Source: Leucoraja erinacea
Taxonomy: Eukaryota
Assembly: GCF_028641065.1 (NCBI RefSeq)
Contig: NC_073383.1
Span: 33,790,001-33,854,000, forward strand
Length of the DNA: 64,000 bases
Direction of reading: 5' to 3'
Position numbers and translations under genes: made by a program. Under the pieces are notes generated by a model, which saw only the letters and a list, made by a program, of their open reading frames with translations, did no database searches and was not told the DNA's origin. Shown here one piece after another: positions 61,286 to 64,000 of the stretch. Within the stretch, counting starts at the first letter, position 1. The number at the start of each line of letters is the position of its first letter.

Positions 61286-62800
61286 AGGGCTCTCGCTTAA
61301 CCTTTTTTTCCCTGTTGCCAACCGCATACCTGGGCAGCTTTTTAGGTTGACAATTGACAGCTTAGGTGGTCATTTTAGACAGTTTGCATGATGCATGCGA
61401 TAATGTGCTCGGTCGAACTGCGTAGTTACCAGGCGGAATTATGCTCAATGAAGCATTCACATATTATTTCTGCTTCAAAATAAAGTCACAAACTAAACAT
61501 ATTCTTCAATCCAGACATGATATATCACACAATGACATGCAGCAAAATTATAATACAGTATCTCAACTCTTTTTACACATTGCAATTAATGCAATTTCTA
61601 TTAGTTCTTTCCACTTCCAAACTAAAATGTGGTTGGATTATTCAGCATATGATCAACCTATGTCAATAAATCCTGGACCATGGTAACATATATGCTTAAC
61701 CATGCACACTACAGATTGATGCAAGCATTGTTTTCTGTGAAGGACCGAAAATTACCATGACATGGCCATAGCATGGGTCGTTATTGCCATTGGTACAGAA
61801 ACACTCTCGCTTCCCACATAATTTATCCACAACAAAATATACAGGTTGCAAGGAAATTTCTATAAGCATTTTATGATAATAGGTGTTAAAACCGACTATA
61901 CCCATCTGACTGGATAAACATTACACTAACTGACAAGAGATGGCCAAAGGACATAACTGCATATATTTAAAGGTGTCAAGACGTAGATGTACGTGTTGTG
62001 AACAACATTGAAGATATCCAGTTTGTAAGCACCAGATTTAAATAAAATTATTGATAAACGCTGTTTCCATCATTCCCATTTCAGAATTAATGTTAAAATT
62101 TCAACTGAAATATCTCCTGACAAATTTGTGATGTATATGATTGACTGTAGAAGTAAAACCTGGATAAATCCAACATATAGTTGTGAATGTTGCTCATTAA
62201 ATAACTACAGTACCGATACTCCATATTAAGAGCATTTATTTTCCGTTAAAATGAATTCTGTAATAATGTGTCAACGGCAGCAGTGACAATCGAACACTGC
62301 AGTTTTAATGTTTCACGTGTTCACAATATAATTAATCCATCTTTATGGACTAAAACAAACATTTCCAGCACAATAGGGTCAGGGAGGGGTGTGTGTGTGA
62401 ATCAGTGCGGGGTGGATAGATGGCGGGGGTGGGGGGGTTAGAAGGCAGTCAGTGCAGAATGGATGGATTGAGGCAGGTGCAGCTCAAAGATCCTAGATCC
62501 TATGACGGGTCCCGCACAGTGGCAGCAGCGGCCGCAACAGCGGCTTCATCTCCTCCTCCTCCCTGATAGCGGCCGCTGCTTGCAAATCCGCTAACGGCGC
62601 TTTCAAAACAAACCCTCCGGCACGCCAAGGCAGGGAGGAGGGAGGGAGGAAGAGGCCTCGACGTGCGGTAGGGTTTGTTTTGAAAGCGCCGTTAGCGGAT
62701 TTACAAGCAGCGGCCCTTATCAGGGCGGGTGGGGTGCAGGAGGAGGAGGGGATGGAGCCGCTATCGCAGCTGCTGCTGCCGCTGTTCGGGGCCTGTCATT
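61286..62800. mobile_element. Probable hAT-type non-autonomous element, right end missing, with a large internal palindrome
   Basis: CR1 tail is cut at CAGGGCTCTCGCTTAAC (CAG-start typical of hAT TIRs); no matching right TIR or TSD found. Confidence 0.45.
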
Positions 62801-62802
62801 CG

Positions 62803-63110
62803 CTCTGATCCTTGAGATGCTGCCAGCCTTTTTGAGGCAGCGACTGTGGTAGATCCCCTCGATGGTAGGGAGGTCAGAGCCAATGATGGACTGGGCAGTG
62901 TTTACAACTTTTTGCAGTCTTTTCCGCTCCTGGGCGCACAAGTTGCCGAACCAGTCAACGATGCAACCGGTCAGAATGCTCTCTACAGTGCACCTGTAGA
63001 AGTTCGAGAGAGTTCTCCTTGACATACCGACTCCGTAATCTTCTCACAAAGTAGTGGTGCTGATGTGCTTTCTTTATAATTGCATCAGTGTTCAGGGACC
63101 AGGAGAGATA
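62803..63110 (-). mobile_element. Rex1/Babar C-terminal fragment
   Basis: LSNFYRCTVESILTGCI...RKRLQKVVNTAQ. Confidence 0.85.
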
Positions 63111-63114
63111 TAAC

Positions 63115-64000
63115 CATATAACACTTACAGCACGGAAACAGGCCATCTCAGCCCTACAGGTCCGTGCCGAACAATTATTTCCCCTTAGTCCCTTCTACCT
63201 GCACTCAGACCATAACCCTCCATTCCTTTCCCATCCATATACCTATCCAATTTATTTTTAAATGATAAAATTTAACCTGCCTCCACCACTTCCACTGGAA
63301 GCTCATTCCACACAGCTACCACTCTCTAAAGAAGTTGCCCCTCATGTTACCCCTAAATTTTTGTCCCTTCATTCTGAAGTCATGTCCTCTTGTTTGAATC
63401 TTCCTTACTCTCAGTGGGAAAAGCTTATCCACATCAACTCTGTCTATCCCTCTCATCATTCTATCAAGTCCCCCCTTAACCTTCTGCGAATAAATACCTA
63501 ACTTATTCAACCTTTCTCTGTAACTTAGTTGCTGAAACCCAGGCAACATTCTAGTAAATCTCCTCTGCACTCTCTCTATTTTGTTGACATCCTTCCTATA
63601 ATTGGGCGACCAAAATTGTACACCATACTCCAGATATGGTCTCACCAATGCCTTGTACAATTTTAACATTACATCCCAGCTTCTATACTCAATGGTCTGA
63701 TTTATAAAGGCTAGCACACCAAAAGCTTTCTTTACCACCCTATCTACATGAGATTCCACCTTCAGGGAACTATGCACAGTTATTCCTAGATCCCTCTGTT
63801 CAACTGCATTCCTCAATTCGCTACCATTTACCATGAACGTCCTATTTTGATTTGGCCTGCCAAGATGTAGCACCTCACACTTATCAGCATTAAACTCCAT
63901 CTGCCATCTTTCAGACCATTCTTCCAAATGGCCTAAATCTCTCTGTAGACTTTGGAAATCTACTTCATTATCCACAACACCACCTATTTTAGTATCATCT
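63115..64000 (-). mobile_element. CR1 RT-to-3' fragment, runs off the window
   Basis: ORF 63316..63975 WQMEFNADKCEVLHLG, LVRPYLEYGVQFWSP. Confidence 0.9.

Noticed and set aside
1-64000. CRISPR array, operon or other prokaryotic system
   Set aside because: There is no regular repeat-spacer array; the sequence is intron-exon eukaryotic DNA.

Overview
Eukaryotic, repeat-rich vertebrate DNA. The repeat families (CR1/HER1-type LINEs, HE1-like V-SINEs, Penelope, Rex1/Babar) point to a cartilaginous fish, probably a skate or ray (inference). The window lies inside one large minus-strand gene. I traced 21 phase-compatible coding exons (4,946 nt, about 1,650 aa of coiled-coil protein) matching the central part of pericentrin (PCNT); start and stop codons lie outside the window. 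The introns hold CR1, Rex1, L1-clade, Penelope, SINE, hAT and Harbinger-type insertions, often nested, several with readable target-site duplications (TSDs). The most notable observation is two ~135-bp non-autonomous retroposons (41942-42079 and 46673-46806). Each has an 8-bp TSD and a (GAA)n tail, and each starts exactly with a minimal HDV-like self-cleaving ribozyme fold whose helices co-vary between the two copies. Other points: a GC-AG intron, an AKAP9-like exon, decayed Penelope hammerhead cores, and several local templated duplications or inversions. Family names and protein comparisons come from recalled knowledge, not searches; repeat boundaries without TSDs are approximate.
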